A stretch of 64,000 nucleotides of DNA, taken from contig OZ024741.1 in assembly GCA_964016885.1 (NCBI GenBank), positions 203,670,001-203,734,000 on the forward strand, read 5' to 3'. The DNA is from Eledone cirrhosa. Lineage: Eukaryota. The first letter of the stretch is position 1; each line of letters opens with the position of its first letter. This document shows, piece by piece, positions 47,148 through 61,547 of this stretch. Made by a program: the position numbers and the translations under genes. The notes below the pieces were generated by a model, which worked only from the letters and a program-made list of their open reading frames with translations, was not told the DNA's origin and ran no database searches.

Positions 47148-47473
47148 ATATATATATGTACATTAAAAATGTATTTAATACTTGGAGGCTGTTTCGAATT
47201 AAACTATGGAATTGGAGTCAGATAGGAAATATTATAGTACCAGCTATTTTATATGTGGACGCAGCATGGACAAATGGTTTAGAAGTTCGCATCAAAACCA
47301 TATGGTCCAGTGACCGTTTCTACTACCTAGTATTGTAGACGTGTCATTTACTCTGAAACACTAATCTCTAACATGCTTTCATATAACCTAATAAAATAGA
47401 ACTATCTCTGAAACTATAAGATATCACAATTTCATAAAGACACTAAATTTAGTAAACAATAAATATATCTCAC

Positions 47474-47602
47474 CAATCCATCTAAAATGGTTGTTTTAAT
47501 CCACAGCATTTCGGGTAATATATTTTGGAGATACCATTCAAAACTATTACACTTTAGCTTTTCACGAAGTTTTTTTCTATTGCTCACATCTCCATAGTTT
47601 TC
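47474..47602 (-). CDS. GALNT: GalNAc-T exon ([32 protein letters not shown])
   Basis: GDVSxRxxLRxxLxCxSFxWYL motif; phase 0 splice sites. Confidence 0.93.
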
Positions 47603-47784
47603 CTTTAAAAAATCAAATCTCAAACTGACAATACTATATAACATATGTTTACACATTTTAGAAACAAATCGATTCTGGAATATATTTCTTTTTATTTTTT
47701 ACATACTTTTCTTATTCAATTGCAAAGAACCAGAAAAAGGAACCAATGAATGCATATATATATATATATATATATACATACACA

Positions 47785-47851
<67 letters not shown>

Positions 47852-48007
47852 ACTTCTCTGTATGAGATAAGAGCTGAAAAATATGTTTCAACATGTTAAA
47901 ATAAACCCCCACCCCCACCCCCACCCCCACCCACACACACACGTACACACATTCCTACTGACCATTTCCATTATCACAACAATGAACCACTTTGCTACAA
48001 ACACACA

Positions 48008-48072
<65 letters not shown>

Positions 48073-48747
48073 TTGTCTTAATAGACACCTGAACTGTTGA
48101 CCTCTCAACATGACTGCAACTTAATCAAGCGGAAAAGGACACTTTTCGACAAACCTACATTTGGCGCGAAACCAGCTCGCGCTAAATCAATTTAAACATT
48201 CACAAGAACTTTTGCAACACGAATTGGCGCGAAATTTATAGTGCTTATTCACGTGACATTCAACAACCAACCAAATCTTAATAACTACCAAGCCACTTTT
48301 TTCACATAAAACAGGAAAAATTTCCAAAACTGATCAGATTAGAGCAAAAATCACGAGCACTCTATCTCAAAATTATTTTTGAAAAGCATAAGAAATGCGC
48401 AACTGGTAAAAACTTAAAACTAAAACTGAATACTAACTAATACTTATTACTAATTTATACTTTCCAGCATAGTTACGTTCCTTTACGATCTGAGTTCAAA
48501 TCCCGCCGAGGTTGACTTTGCCTTTCATCCTTACGGGGTCGATAAAATAAAGTACCAGTAATGCACTGGGTGATTGCTGGCCTTGTGCCTAAAGTAGAAA
48601 CAATTACTAATTTATGCTTATTTCTAATTAAACTATTTTTCACTGGGAAAAATTTGTCAGCATTTTCTTTTCCTTTTTACTAATATATCACAACTCGTGT
48701 GTCACACCTCTATTTTTTTATTATTATATATATATATATATATATAT

Positions 48748-50072
48748 ATGGGATAACAAGTTATCGTTATAGGTAATCCAGTTCGAGTACTCTGTATTGT
48801 GGATAATTTTAACGTACGGCTTTGTTTGACTCAGCAAGACGTTTCCATAGTTAGGTAGCGAGTTCGCGAGAATTGCTATGCAGATTATACTTGGAGTAAT
48901 AATAGTGAAAGATTGAAGAATAACATGGTCGGCTGTACAACAAGGGGCTTTATTTCAAGTATTAACAATTGCTTCAGGTGAGTCTAAAGCCGCTAATCAC
49001 TCGAAGTTGCGTCACTCGACCTTAAATACAGTGTTTACCTCTGATCAAATCATCAGAATACTAGAGATTTCGCATATGGCAATGGTATATATAGACAAAG
49101 CGTAGAATCGAAACAATAGCATCAATAATAAAATATAATGATAGAGAGGTAAAGAAGTTACAGATGTAAAAAGTAAAAGAATAAGTAAAAAAATATAAGT
49201 ACAGAATACGATAATAGGGGTGGTGGTGAGTAAGTGTATGTATAAAGATGTGAGGGTGGAGGTAATACTAACATGAAACATTAGATACATACATACGTGG
49301 TGGTCAAATCTCAGAGGGTTAGAAGTAGAGAATAAGAGGTAGTAACAAATGACAGATAAAAGATAAAAAAATAATAAATTAAAAATTAAGTGAGAGATAC
49401 GAGGATGTTACATAGGGGCTAGAGCTAAGGACGGGGAAGGAGGATTTTCATATGTATGTGTGGTAAATGTTTAGCGTGCTGATTGTATTATCTTAATGGG
49501 GCTGATGTGGCTTTAGGGAGAGAGAGTGAAAGAATGGTTAGGAGATTTATGATGGTGACCTAGTGACCAGTATATAGGGACCCCTAGGAACTATAGAAAA
49601 TCCAGAGATAGGAAATACTTATGATTCAATCCAATATTCAACTCCTCTATAAAAACCAAACTACCTTCTACATTCTTTAAGCTAATTGACACTTCCCCTA
49701 AACTACACAATACCATAGAATCTTTAACAGAAAAACTATCAAACTCTCTTACTCTATTGCAGCCAACGTAGAATCACACATACATAAAATCAACTACAAA
49801 TGAATCTCTAAAGAAAATAACCTACCAACATACACCATAGCACCAAATACAAAACGCAAATACATAACAACACCACAGCCACACACACAACAGGGCGCAT
49901 CACAACAAAACATTAATAAGCCTAAATCTCAGCCCATCCATAACAACATACAAAACCGCAACGGAGAACCTGCACTCAGAAAGGCCTCCAACTTCACCTG
50001 ATCAATGAAATAATTGTTAATACTTGAAATAAAACCCCTTGTTGTACAGCCGACCATGTTATTCTTCAATCT
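48748..50072. mobile_element. (TA)n-embedded element with internal inverted repeat, probably PLE-derived; shorter copy 51643-52048
   Basis: gaagaataacatggtcggctgtacaa segment present in both orientations in each copy. Confidence 0.55.
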
Positions 50073-50166
<94 letters not shown>

Positions 50167-50288
50167 ATGTATAAGCAAAGGGATATTTAATTTTATCTGA
50201 TGCGAGCGTACCAGAGTTTTGGTACCCTTGAAATATATATAATAGAATAAATATGGTTTTATAAATATAGTTTCCATTTATTAATATC

Positions 50289-50324
<36 letters not shown>

Positions 50325-50623
50325 ACATTAAATAAATGGAAACTATATTTATAAAACCATATTTATTTTATCATTAATAAAATAAATATGGTTTTATAAA
50401 TATAGTTTCTATTTATTTAATATCATTGAATATTTACTCCAGGAACTTGTTGAGTGCTCTAAATCAGTTATAAACATTTAATAAAATAAATATAGTTTTA
50501 TAAATATAGTTTCCATTTATTTAATATCATTGAATATTTACTCCAGTAAACTGTTGAGTGCTCTAAATCAGTTATAAACATTTATATATGTCGGATTTCC
50601 AACAAATTAAATACGCCTTCTAT

Positions 50624-50730
<107 letters not shown>

Positions 50731-51316
50731 CAGGAAGGATTAAGTATTTGAAACTGGTGAGACCTTACTCAACAGAGTACTCGATACTTGGGATAGTAGA
50801 GTATGATTATATTATAAAGAGTTGGTACGCCGACATCTGAGCTCTTGCCGTTTCAACAGTTAGTTCCTGACTGATAGCGGAAGGCTTTGGCAATTAACTG
50901 GCTGTATCATCAGAGAGTGTGCTTTGTCCAAATCAGGGCATACATTGTTTATCTAATTGTAAATTCTCTTCATGTAAGTGTTACATTTACAATTGGATAA
51001 ACAATGTATGCTCTTATTTCGACAAACCATAACCTCTGATGATGCAGCCAGATAACCACCAAAGCCTTCGGCAATCAGTCAGGAACTAGCTGATGAAACG
51101 GCAAGAGCTCACTCATCGGGGTCTCGACTCTTTATAATATATATGTGTATATATATATATACATAAATATATATATATACATATCAAGCGGCTACGTGGC
51201 AATCTTAACGAAGTTGTGTTGGCGATTAGCAAACTAAATAACTCTTCGGTTGTCATTGCAACAAAGTTAAAATAAAAACAGTTAATTTCGAAATGTTAGA
51301 AATTATTTATACTCAC

Positions 51317-51502
51317 CGATTTCCGACCAATTCTACTGTAATATATGTCTTTGTAATCGTCCAGCCAGACTTCAGCCAACCTGAAGGTGTTCTTTCTGAG
51401 TACGCCGAAACCCTTTGGCCACTTATAAGGAGTAACTTTTCGGAATATGTGTCCTGCATGTGAGCATGGAATAGTTTCCAAACGACCGCCGCACATCCAT
51501 GT
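51317..51502 (-). CDS. GALNT: Polypeptide N-acetylgalactosaminyltransferase, catalytic-domain exon (gene starts upstream, probably beyond the window end)
   Basis: TWMCGGRLETIPCSHAGHIFRK...NTFRLAEVWLDDYK, the Gal/GalNAc-T motif; AG and GTGAGT sites, phase 0. Confidence 0.95.
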
Positions 51503-51576
51503 CTGAGAAAATCCAAATAACAATGGAACGATGTAAGCAAAGGGCACAATATTTCTACGGTATGGTATTTCTTTTG

Positions 51577-51645
<69 letters not shown>

Positions 51646-52044
51646 GATAAAAAGTTATCGTTTTAGGTAATCCAGTTAGGGGTTGTGAGTACTCTGTACT
51701 ATGGATAGTTTTAACGTACGGCGTTGTTTGACTCAACAAGAGGTTTCCTTAGTTAGGTAGTGAGTTTGCGAGAATTCCCATGCAGGTTATTCTTGGAGTA
51801 ATAGTAGTGAAAGAGTGAAGAATAACATGGTCGGCTGTACAAAAAGGGTTTTATTTACAGTATTAACAATTATTTCATTGATCAGTATTCCGAAGATTTG
51901 ATCAGAGACACACACTGTATTTAAGGTCGAGTAACACAACTTTGAGTGATTAGCGGCCTTTAGACTGACCTGATCAATGAAACAATTGTTAATACTGTAA
52001 ATAAAACCCTTTTTGTACAGCTGACCATGTTATTCTTCACTATT

Positions 52045-52178
<134 letters not shown>

Positions 52179-52723
52179 GAAACACACAGATACATGCGGA
52201 CACACACATATATACATGAATGCATCCGCACCCAACTGCGAGTTAAGGGTGCCAACTTCACCGATGTGTGTGTCCGCATGTATCTGTGTGTTTCTAAATA
52301 TATTAATAACTCCCTCTGGTCGAGCAATCTTTGAAGTGTGGGGACAACTGGAAAGCTTCCATTACTCGTACTTCTCGCCTTCTTCACTACCTCTTCTACG
52401 GCCTCGATATGAATACCCCCTCCGCCTCCGTGGTATTTTCTTCGTGGTTATAAGAGGCTTAGCTCTGTTTCTCGACCGTTATATCGCGTGACTATCTCCC
52501 CCTCCGCCTTTTGGGATTCTTTCTCACGTCGTGTAGACGCGTTCTTGAGACTAGTAAAATGAGGTATCCTCTTGATAAGTTGGCAGACCTCGCAAGGACT
52601 CTATATCTTTGATATATTGTTTTTGTTTATGCCACGAAACTACGTAGTCGAGGAATTTAGGAGCAGTTTAGGTATGATACATTTTATTACTAATTATATC
52701 TAAATGTTTCTTCTCTCTTCATA

Positions 52724-52769
<46 letters not shown>

Positions 52770-53069
52770 ATATATATATCCGTAAGTGGTTGGTGACTGA
52801 GAGAAAAGAGTACTCAGTACTGAAGTAGAGTTTTAGTATTCATTTCATTAAGGTTACAGAGTGGGTCAAGTTACTCTGGAGTTTCGCCTGTTTATCATAG
52901 GCTCATCAGGCAAGAACTAAAGTTTCATTAGAAGACACACTGTAATTAAAGGAAGACTCAAGATGAGGGAGGGGGATTTAATTGAGGAGGGGTAATTAAG
53001 ATAGGGTGCATAGGGTGATGGTGGCAGTATGGGGAGGATATTGCTGTGTGAAGATGATAATATATACAT

Positions 53070-54958
53070 ATGTTGTTATAGTTTGGGAGGCTCATACTGC
53101 CAATAAAAACACATGCACCTGTTGGTTTTCTCTTTAATTTATTGCAAATTTTCAGCTGGTTGTTTTATGAACTGGATGGTTGCTAATTCTGTGACCCCCC
53201 CAGGGACTAATTTGTTATTTTGTCTCTCTCCTTTGTTCTGTCCTACAACATCTTATTTTTGTGCGCTGTGTACAAATTAGTTGCTGAGGCGGTCACATGT
53301 GACGAAAGAGCTTTGACATTAAACAAATAAACAATCGTCCGGTTATTAAACCAACTATTGATAGTTAAATCTTTTATTTTATGTCCTTATTTCCATTGTC
53401 TAGTGTTTATATGCATGTATTACGTGTTGTTTCTATATATGTAAGTATACTATGTATTAAGCAGGTAGTTGATTTAAGATGTTCTACATATGTTAGTCAG
53501 AATTCAATCATTTCTTATAGATTATCTATAAGATATGTTTCTATCTCTATGTTCTTTAATGTGCCCCTATGTTCTATTTTGGCATGTTGGTATATATATG
53601 AGTTTTTCCGATCCTGAAGTGCTATCCAGTGTTCACTTATCCTTTCTCCTATGCTACGGGCTGTCTCACTTATGTATGCTGTGTTCTTATTCCTACACTG
53701 TCCCTCAGTACATCTTATGCTATATACTACATTCCTAGTTTTGCAGTTAGTTTGCCGGCTTAGCTTGCAGACTATTCCTATCTGTGCATAGGGTGCATAG
53801 GGTTCTTTGAAAGGGATATGTTTTACTAATTAGGGTTTTATGGGAATACCTGGTCTTTCAACTATTTTAATATTTAATTTGTCTAGAGCCCTTCTAAATC
53901 TGCAATCTATTTCGCATTTCGCGGTTGTATTTAAGCACCTTACACTCTGGTATTTATTGCTATCATACCACTTTTTGTTTTTATTTGTCTTTTTCTTAAT
54001 CCTTTCTATTCTATTCCAAAATTTGCTCCTATACATGGGGCAAGTCCCATTCCCATCATTTTCTACAATCTTTGTCCATTTGGTCCTAGCTCCTTTATAT
54101 ACCCTGATCTTGTCTCTCTGATTATAGTCAGAGAACTGCATGTGGTGGATGAAGTGTTTTATGTGTCTATCTAATTCTTTAGGAGTGCACGTTCGCGACA
54201 CGTTCCTCATTACTCTTATGAAAGAGGCAGTCAGTATATTGATTTTCATGTGATCCGAAACAGCTGAGTTTCAGTGGATCAGGTACTTGGAGGTCACGGG
54301 TTTAACGTAATGTCAATGGAGGATTTATTAATATTTTCCAGCGAGTGTTCTGTGTCTAGTACAGGTAATCTATGGTTGGGGTGTTTAGTTGGGTAGTTAA
54401 TGCTCTGTTGGGTGGAGTTAGCTATTTGCTGGATGCTTTCCGTGGTGTTCTTCTCTAATTCCTGACTGTTCTCCTGTGGGAGGGGAGGGGGGTTACTGCG
54501 ATGTTTATGTCATCTACGTAACAGGAGTACATAGTCAGGTTTATACAATTGTCGTCTAAGCGTTCCTTAAGTCTTCTGTACCACCATACCATAAAGAGAT
54601 TAGCTATTTCACCTGTAATGCTAATGCCAATGGCGGCCCCCTCCTCTTGGGCATATGTATTGTCATTAAACTTGAATATGTGTTCTTTAAAGGTTAGTTT
54701 TATACTGGCCCTTACTGCATGTGTGATTGTTTCCATTAATTCAACATGATTTTCGGGGTCCGTTTCGCTCTGGTCCACCCGATGCATCTTTCAAAAAATA
54801 AAAACCCAGTCAGTGAGTAGGTCACAGAATGCGTGACGACAGAGCTTTGACAATATATCGAACCAAACAACCAACCGGAAGTTTATAATAAATAGAAGTG
54901 AAAACCAAGAGGTGCATGTGTTTTTATTGGCTGCATGACTCCCTTAAAAGTATAACAA
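53070..54958 (-). mobile_element. Older PLE copy (family of 11173-13627) with RT and inverted termini
   Basis: GAAIGISITGEIANLFM and YVDD motifs; thumb/GIY-YIG region homologous to 11658-12644; inverted terminal sequence. Confidence 0.88.
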
Positions 54959-54959
54959 T

Positions 54960-54991
<32 letters not shown>

Positions 54992-55918
54992 TCACAGAGA
55001 GAAATAGATAGATATGTGTGTATGTATGTGTGTGTGTGTGTGTGTATACGTATATTTTTCATTGTGGCTGTGTATGTATATATATATACGTATGCATATA
55101 TGTATGTATATATGATTGTATATATGTATATATACTTGTTTATGTACTTATCTGTGCAGGTATATAAATTTATTTTTATTTCTATTTTTATATATGTATT
55201 TTTTTCTTTGTATAAATATATATATATATACTACGAATGTTTTCAACACACTGATGCGTATGTGTATAAGTGTGCGCGTATGTGTATGTGAATATACATA
55301 CATTTATATGTATGAGTATATAAATATAAACGTATAAACACAGACACACTTACAAAAATACACACTCAGACATATAAATACATTCACACAAACACGCACA
55401 TGCATTGACACAAACACATACACAATATAACAAATGGAATGCCAGCCGCTATTTTGCTATAGTTTTTTCACCACCCCCTTCCTTCCTTTTACACACACGT
55501 ACATTCACGCAAACAGTAGGTGTAAAGTATGAGGTAGTCAAACTAACCTCTCTCTCTTTATGGTTTGTAACAGAATTGCAGAAATTTATATGATTTTAGA
55601 TTTTTTTAAGAAAATATTATAACTTGTTTTGCTTTAGTACATAATTCAATTTTGTAGTAAATTGTGTTCGTTTGAGTGCCATATTCAAATTTGACCTCAT
55701 TTAATGTAAACATTAGCCGTTAGACTAAATCTGAAATCGATATGATTTCACGAGGTGAAAAGTTCTTAATATTCTCCTTTTATGAATTCTGATATTCCAA
55801 TCTTTTGCTCATATAATTAATTAAGTAATAATTATTATGTATCTACTTAATATTTGGAAGAAACGTGCGTTAATTTATTAAAATGTAATATAACACTTTT
55901 GGTCTTATTTATTAATGT

Positions 55919-56014
<96 letters not shown>

Positions 56015-56017
<3 letters not shown>

Positions 56018-56219
56018 CGTTTCTGAATTTGTTTAGCAAGATTCTTTATCTGAAATCGTGTGTTGAAACCGATATTGTTATACTTTGGGAGTGTCATGTT
56101 GCCAATAAGAAACACACGCACCAGTTGCTTTCACTTCAATTTCTTATAATAAATTGAAGTGAAAGCAACTGGTGCGTGTATTTCTTATTGGCAACATGAC
56201 CCTCCCAAAGTATAACAAT
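56015..56219. mobile_element. Minimal PLE terminal hairpin (family of 11173-13627)
   Basis: Near-identical to 13495-13627, folded back on itself around ~56145. Confidence 0.85.
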
Positions 56220-56304
56220 ATATATATATATATTGTTATTAATGTTCTATATAACCCATACGTATATATGTATATGTATGTATGGATGTGTATGTATATA
56301 TATA

Positions 56305-56346
<42 letters not shown>

Positions 56347-56892
56347 TATATATATATACACACACATCCATACATACATATACATATGTACGTATGGGTT
56401 ATATAGAACATTAATAACAATGTTCGATTCGTTTGTAAACAAACCAGCCCGATTAGAAGCCGTGCAGTGCTGGTGACAGGTCGTCACCTGTTTGTTTAAC
56501 ACTGGCTTTGAGGAACGATCAACATGTTTCTGAGTCATTACCCTTCATCAGGACTGTATATCTGCCTGCCAATGTGTTTACAAACGAATCGAACATTATT
56601 ATTAATGTTCGATATAACCAATACATATGTATATGCATGTATGTGTGTGTATATACAGATATGTATATATATATATATATATATAAGGCGTTTCCCGGAG
56701 GATGGTAGGGGAGATGCGCTGAAAGAGCGATTCCATCTCGCGTGGCTCAGTCAGACCTGCGGCTAGCCAACCCAGCACCTATGATGGTAAGTAGGGAAGT
56801 AGCCCTAGTGCCAAGGACACCAGAAGACTCCACTGCCAAGAGCACGACCCCAAACCAATCGGAGAGCGACCGGTACTTGGACTTGGACTGGT

Positions 56893-57141
56893 GTTGTTGT
56901 TTTTATTGTTTTCGTGTTGTTTTTATTGTTTTCGTGTTCATGTTATTATTGTTTTCGTGTTCATGTTATTATTGTTTTCGTGTTCATGTTATTATTGTTT
57001 TCGTGTTCATGTTATTATTGTTTTCGTGTTCATGTTATTATTGTTTTCGTGTTCATGTTATTATTGTTTTCGTGTTCATGTTATTATTGTTTTCGTGTTC
57101 ATGTTATTATTGTTTTCGTGTTCATGTTATTATTGTTTTCG
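56893..57141. repeat. 23-bp minisatellite, about 10 units
   Basis: Unit tgttattattgttttcgtgttca. Confidence 0.9.
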
Positions 57142-57934
57142 CTTGTTAGCGCTGCCATGGCAAGATTTGCCATGACGTCAGAATTGTTCAGTTGTTTGTA
57201 AGCAGGCATGGGGATGTGTCCATTTCCGATATAAGACTGTTGCATAGTAGCCACGAAACTGTACAGTCGGGAATTTGTAGAAAAAATAGGTATTTATTTA
57301 TGTCTAATATTTCTTCTTACTTTATAATATATTACATAGCTCTGATATAGAGTCAATTTAATTATTCCGATTATCGTGTCTCTCACAGTCATAGAGCAAC
57401 ACTGGTTAAGGTTGACAACACACAATCTCACATACTTGTGAAAAATGTATGTGTATATATGCATGTATATGTATGTATACACATATATTTGTGTACCTCT
57501 CATTATTGTCTATAACTCCCTGACCGTAGAGTAACCACGGAAGTATAGTGACTGCTTTCAAGCTAATACTATATACACTTCTAGTCTTCCTTACCACCCT
57601 TCTGTAGCCTCCGCATCATATTAATATCCCTTCCGCCTTCTGTGATATTTTTCATTGCTACAAGGGATTTAGCCCCATTTCTGGACCACTGTATCACGTG
57701 ATAGGGTCTGCCTCCGTTTGTTCGAGATTCTCTCGCGCGGTGCAGACCTGTTTTGAAATTTTTCCCTGAGGTGTTCCCTTGAAAAGTCGGCCTACCTCAC
57801 AAAAATGTTACATCTCTATGATATAAGAGTTTTGCATAGTAGCCACGAAACTGTACGCTCGGGAATTTGAAGAAAAAATGGGTATTTATTTATGTCTAAT
57901 ATTTCTTCTTACTTTATAATATATAATATATATA

Positions 57935-60900
57935 TCTATATATATATAAAAGGGTAGATGTATGTCTGTGTGTGTGTATGATTTTTATGCATTTCCACAT
58001 TTCTCTTCCAATTTTGATGAATTTTTTTCCAATGTGCTCCAAATTTACCAGGGCAGGTCAACACGTAATTATTTTTGCCAAAAATGTCCTGCTTCTATGA
58101 AAAAAGTTGATAAAACTAAATACATGCTGTAACCCTCTCTCTTACACGCTTCATTCCTCTCACTACTACCATCAAAAATATATGAAACTACATACATGTT
58201 GCAACTCTCTTTAAAAGCTTCATATTTTCAACTACTCCACTCTCAATCTCCTCTGCAACTCTCTTTAAAAGGTTCATCACCCTCTCTACTCCCCCTTCAT
58301 TCTCCTCTGCAACTCTCTTTATAAGGTTACTGCCTCCGTCTACAACCCTATCAACATTACAATTTAGAACAACGGCAAAACTTCTTTTGAAGGAACGCGA
58401 CACAAACTTTGAAACCTAAGCAACATAACAACCATAGCTTTCCTCTCTCTGTCGCTCTTCCCTCTCTCTACAATAGATTATTACCCCTCTCTACAGTCAT
58501 AACGACACTCATACATCAAATATCAAAATTTAAAAAGCCGATAACACTAAATACATACTGCTCTCTCAACGTTACATTTTGCATCAAATAACAAATATTC
58601 AAAAGCAACAGATGAATTTATAAAACAACAAACGTAACAATAATGACCTCTCTATAATTTAACTGCTTTACTCTCTCTGTCGCTCTTCACTCCCTATATG
58701 ACAACACTGCAGAGAGAGAAACAATTTATATGATCAAATGGAGCGTTCCGTATATTCCCCCTCTCTATAATTTAACTGCTTTACTCTCTCTGTCTCTCTT
58801 CACTCCCTATATGACAACACTGCAGTGGAGCGTTCCGTATTGAGCGTTCCGTATTGGCATACGGCTTATCTGGGGCATTTTCAATCGGCTTATTGCAAAT
58901 AACAACCCGCAAAATAACACTTCATATAACAGATTAATGCTATAGACATATGAATCGGAATGTAACCCGTGAACTTTTTCCTGGGCAAAATTATTCGAAC
59001 AGACATGACCTCATTGCCAGAATGTTACATGAATTACAGGAATTACATGACATCGTCAAAGCTAACACGGTCCGTGTGCGTCGGGTCCTAATGAGCATCA
59101 CACGTGTCTGAAAGAGGGGGGGTGTCATGCAGTAAGGGATACCCAAAAAAATTTGTTGACGAGACTCAGACTGGTGTACAGGCGGAGACGGCCTGAGAAC
59201 GGTGGCTTCACCACAACAGTAAAGGGAGGTCAAGTCGACAATAGATAGGTGGTCCCTTACTGCCCGCTTCTCTTGAAAATGTTCAACGCCCACATCAACG
59301 TTGAGTTTTGCAACTCCGTCAAGTCTATAAAATACATATGCGAAAATGTAAATAAGGGCTCTGATGAGGTCACAGAATACCCGGCGAGGCGGTACATCAG
59401 TAGCAATGAAGCTTTTTGGCGCCTATTTGGTTTCCCCCTACACCAACGGCACCACGCCATCGTACAGCTTGCGGTACATTTGGAAAATGGGCAAAGGGTT
59501 TACTTTACGGACCAAACCGCCGCCAAGCTGGCCGCCGATCCGAAAGAAACCACTGTGACAGGTTTCTTTAAACTTTGCCAGTTCGATACATTTGCGCAAA
59601 CATTTGTCTACCCCCAGAAATTTGACAGCTGTCTTGGAAGGGTTTACACTGTGCCCCCAAGTCAGCATGAGTGCTTTCATCTCCGCCTTCTTCTGCATAA
59701 AGTTCTAGGCCCACAAAATTTCAGGACCTCAAAACTGTTGATGGAGAAATATGTGATACGTACCGGGAAGCCTGCTTTAAGCGTGGTCTTTTGGAAGATG
59801 ATTCTCAATGGGATTTCACTTTAGCAGAGGGTGCTTTGTTGAAATCACCTAAAGATCTACGGGAACTCTTTGCCATTTTGTTTCAAAAGTGTGAATTGGG
59901 TGATCCCAAATCTTTATGGGTCAAGTACAGAGACTTCCTGTCTGAGGATTTCCTGCGCCTGGCTCATTTGCAGTATCCTTCAGTGGAAGTTGCTTACAGC
60001 GGCATTATCTACAACAGGGCACTCATTGATATCATCCGATCGCTGCTACTTTGCTGCCGAGAGGCAGGACAGCACATTCAACCTTTAAACTCCCCTTGGA
60101 TTTAGTAAAAAATGAGACACTAACATGCAATATCAGCAAGAGCTCACACGAAGCTCTGGTTCTCAAAACATGTTGCCTCATTGTTTGGGATTAGTGCACA
60201 ATGGCACACAAGTGTGCCCTTGAGGCATTGGAGGGGACCTTGAAAGACATTAGGGATTCTACAGCTCCTATGGGTGGCGTAACCCTTCTGCTATCAGGGG
60301 ATTTTCGGCAAACGCTGCCTCGCATCCCCAAAGGGACAAGAGCTGATGAAGTGCGTGCCTGCCTTAAGTCGTCTACGTTGTGGCCCCAGGTGAAGACTTT
60401 GTACCTGAGCACAAATATGCGTGCTCATTTGCATGGTGACAACATGTCTGCAGCATTTGCTCAGAACATTTTAGCACTTGGTGAGGGCAAGGTCCCTGCG
60501 GATGACAAGGGCGGCATAGCAATCGACTCCCTGTGCAACATTGTGAGCAGCCCTTCTGACCTTTGGTGGGAGGCAGTTTTTCCTAATGTCTCATCTAATT
60601 TTAAAAACTTCCATTGGCTCAGCGAAAGAGCCATCCTTGCTCCGAAAAATGCCATGGTTAATTTTATTAACAAGTAGCTGATTGACAAAATTCCCGGTAA
60701 AGAACACATCTTCAAATCTATCGACCAGTCGTCAGACCCCGACGATATCGTTAATTATCCGGTTGAGTTATTAAATTCGCTTGAGCCTCCAGGGCTCCCA
60801 CCTCACATTCTTAAGCTTAGGGTTGTCTCATTATACTAATAAGGAACTTGCGCCCACCAAAGCAGTGCAACGGTATTCGTATGGTCGTCAAGTCAATGAC

Positions 60901-61547
60901 GTCCCACTTGATTGAGGCCACCATTGTAACGGGGTGCGGGAGAGGGGAGAATGTTTTCATTCCAAGGATGAACCTTTTCCCCTCGGCGTCAGATATCCCG
61001 TTCGATTTCCGGCGATCCCAATTCCCGATGAGACAATGTTTTGCCATGTCCATTAACAAGTCACAAGGGCAAACATTGTCGGTGGCGGGCATCTATTTGG
61101 GGGAGCCATGCTTCTCCCATGGTCAACTTAATGTTGCCTGTTCCCACGTAGGGAGCAGGAATGAACTTTTTGCTTACACTCCTCAAGGGATGACACGCAA
61201 TATCGTCTACAAGGAGGTGCTATAGATGTTGGTGCAGGTGTTGGAGGTGTTGGAGCTATGCCGCATGGAAAACTATTTCCTGGTAGGGTCACCCATGGCG
61301 GACAGATGTGACACCCAGCGGCATAAGGGCCACCATCTTGCAACTTTGGTCTGCTAAATTCGCTATTGGAAGATTATTAACACATCACTGATTGTCCAAA
61401 ATGCTAATTGGTTCGTAACTTTTAATAACCGGTTCAACTACTTTATGCACTTAATTGATAAGCTTATTCGCTATCAAGCCATGTTTACCTGTATGTAACT
61501 TTTCATAGCAAATGATAAACCCGAGCAACGCCGGGCTAAACTGCTAG
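57935..61547 (+). mobile_element. Helitron with decayed Rep/PIF1-helicase coding region
   Basis: 5' TCTATATATATAAA; 3' cccgagcaacgccggg hairpin + CTAG|T. Confidence 0.9.
58985..61225 (+). pseudogene. Helitron RepHel remnant
   Basis: VVPYCPLLLKMFNAHINVE, GDFRQTLP, ERAILAPKN, FAMSINKSQGQT and FSHGQL motifs with stops, frameshifts and deletions. Confidence 0.9.

Noticed and set aside
47279-47326. Possible early terminal exon (VVETVTGPYGFDANF*) giving a lectin-less GalNAc-T
   Set aside because: Three in-phase lectin exons were found further downstream, and there is no positive evidence for this acceptor.
56893-57141. Regular 23-bp array resembling a CRISPR array or a repetitive protein
   Set aside because: Units are contiguous with no unique spacers, there are no cas genes, the context is eukaryotic, and all three + frames are open only because the unit lacks stops.
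58188-58403. Repetitive ORF LLKRVAEE (also 61805-62020)
   Set aside because: Antisense reading of the 54-bp internal repeats of the Helitron.
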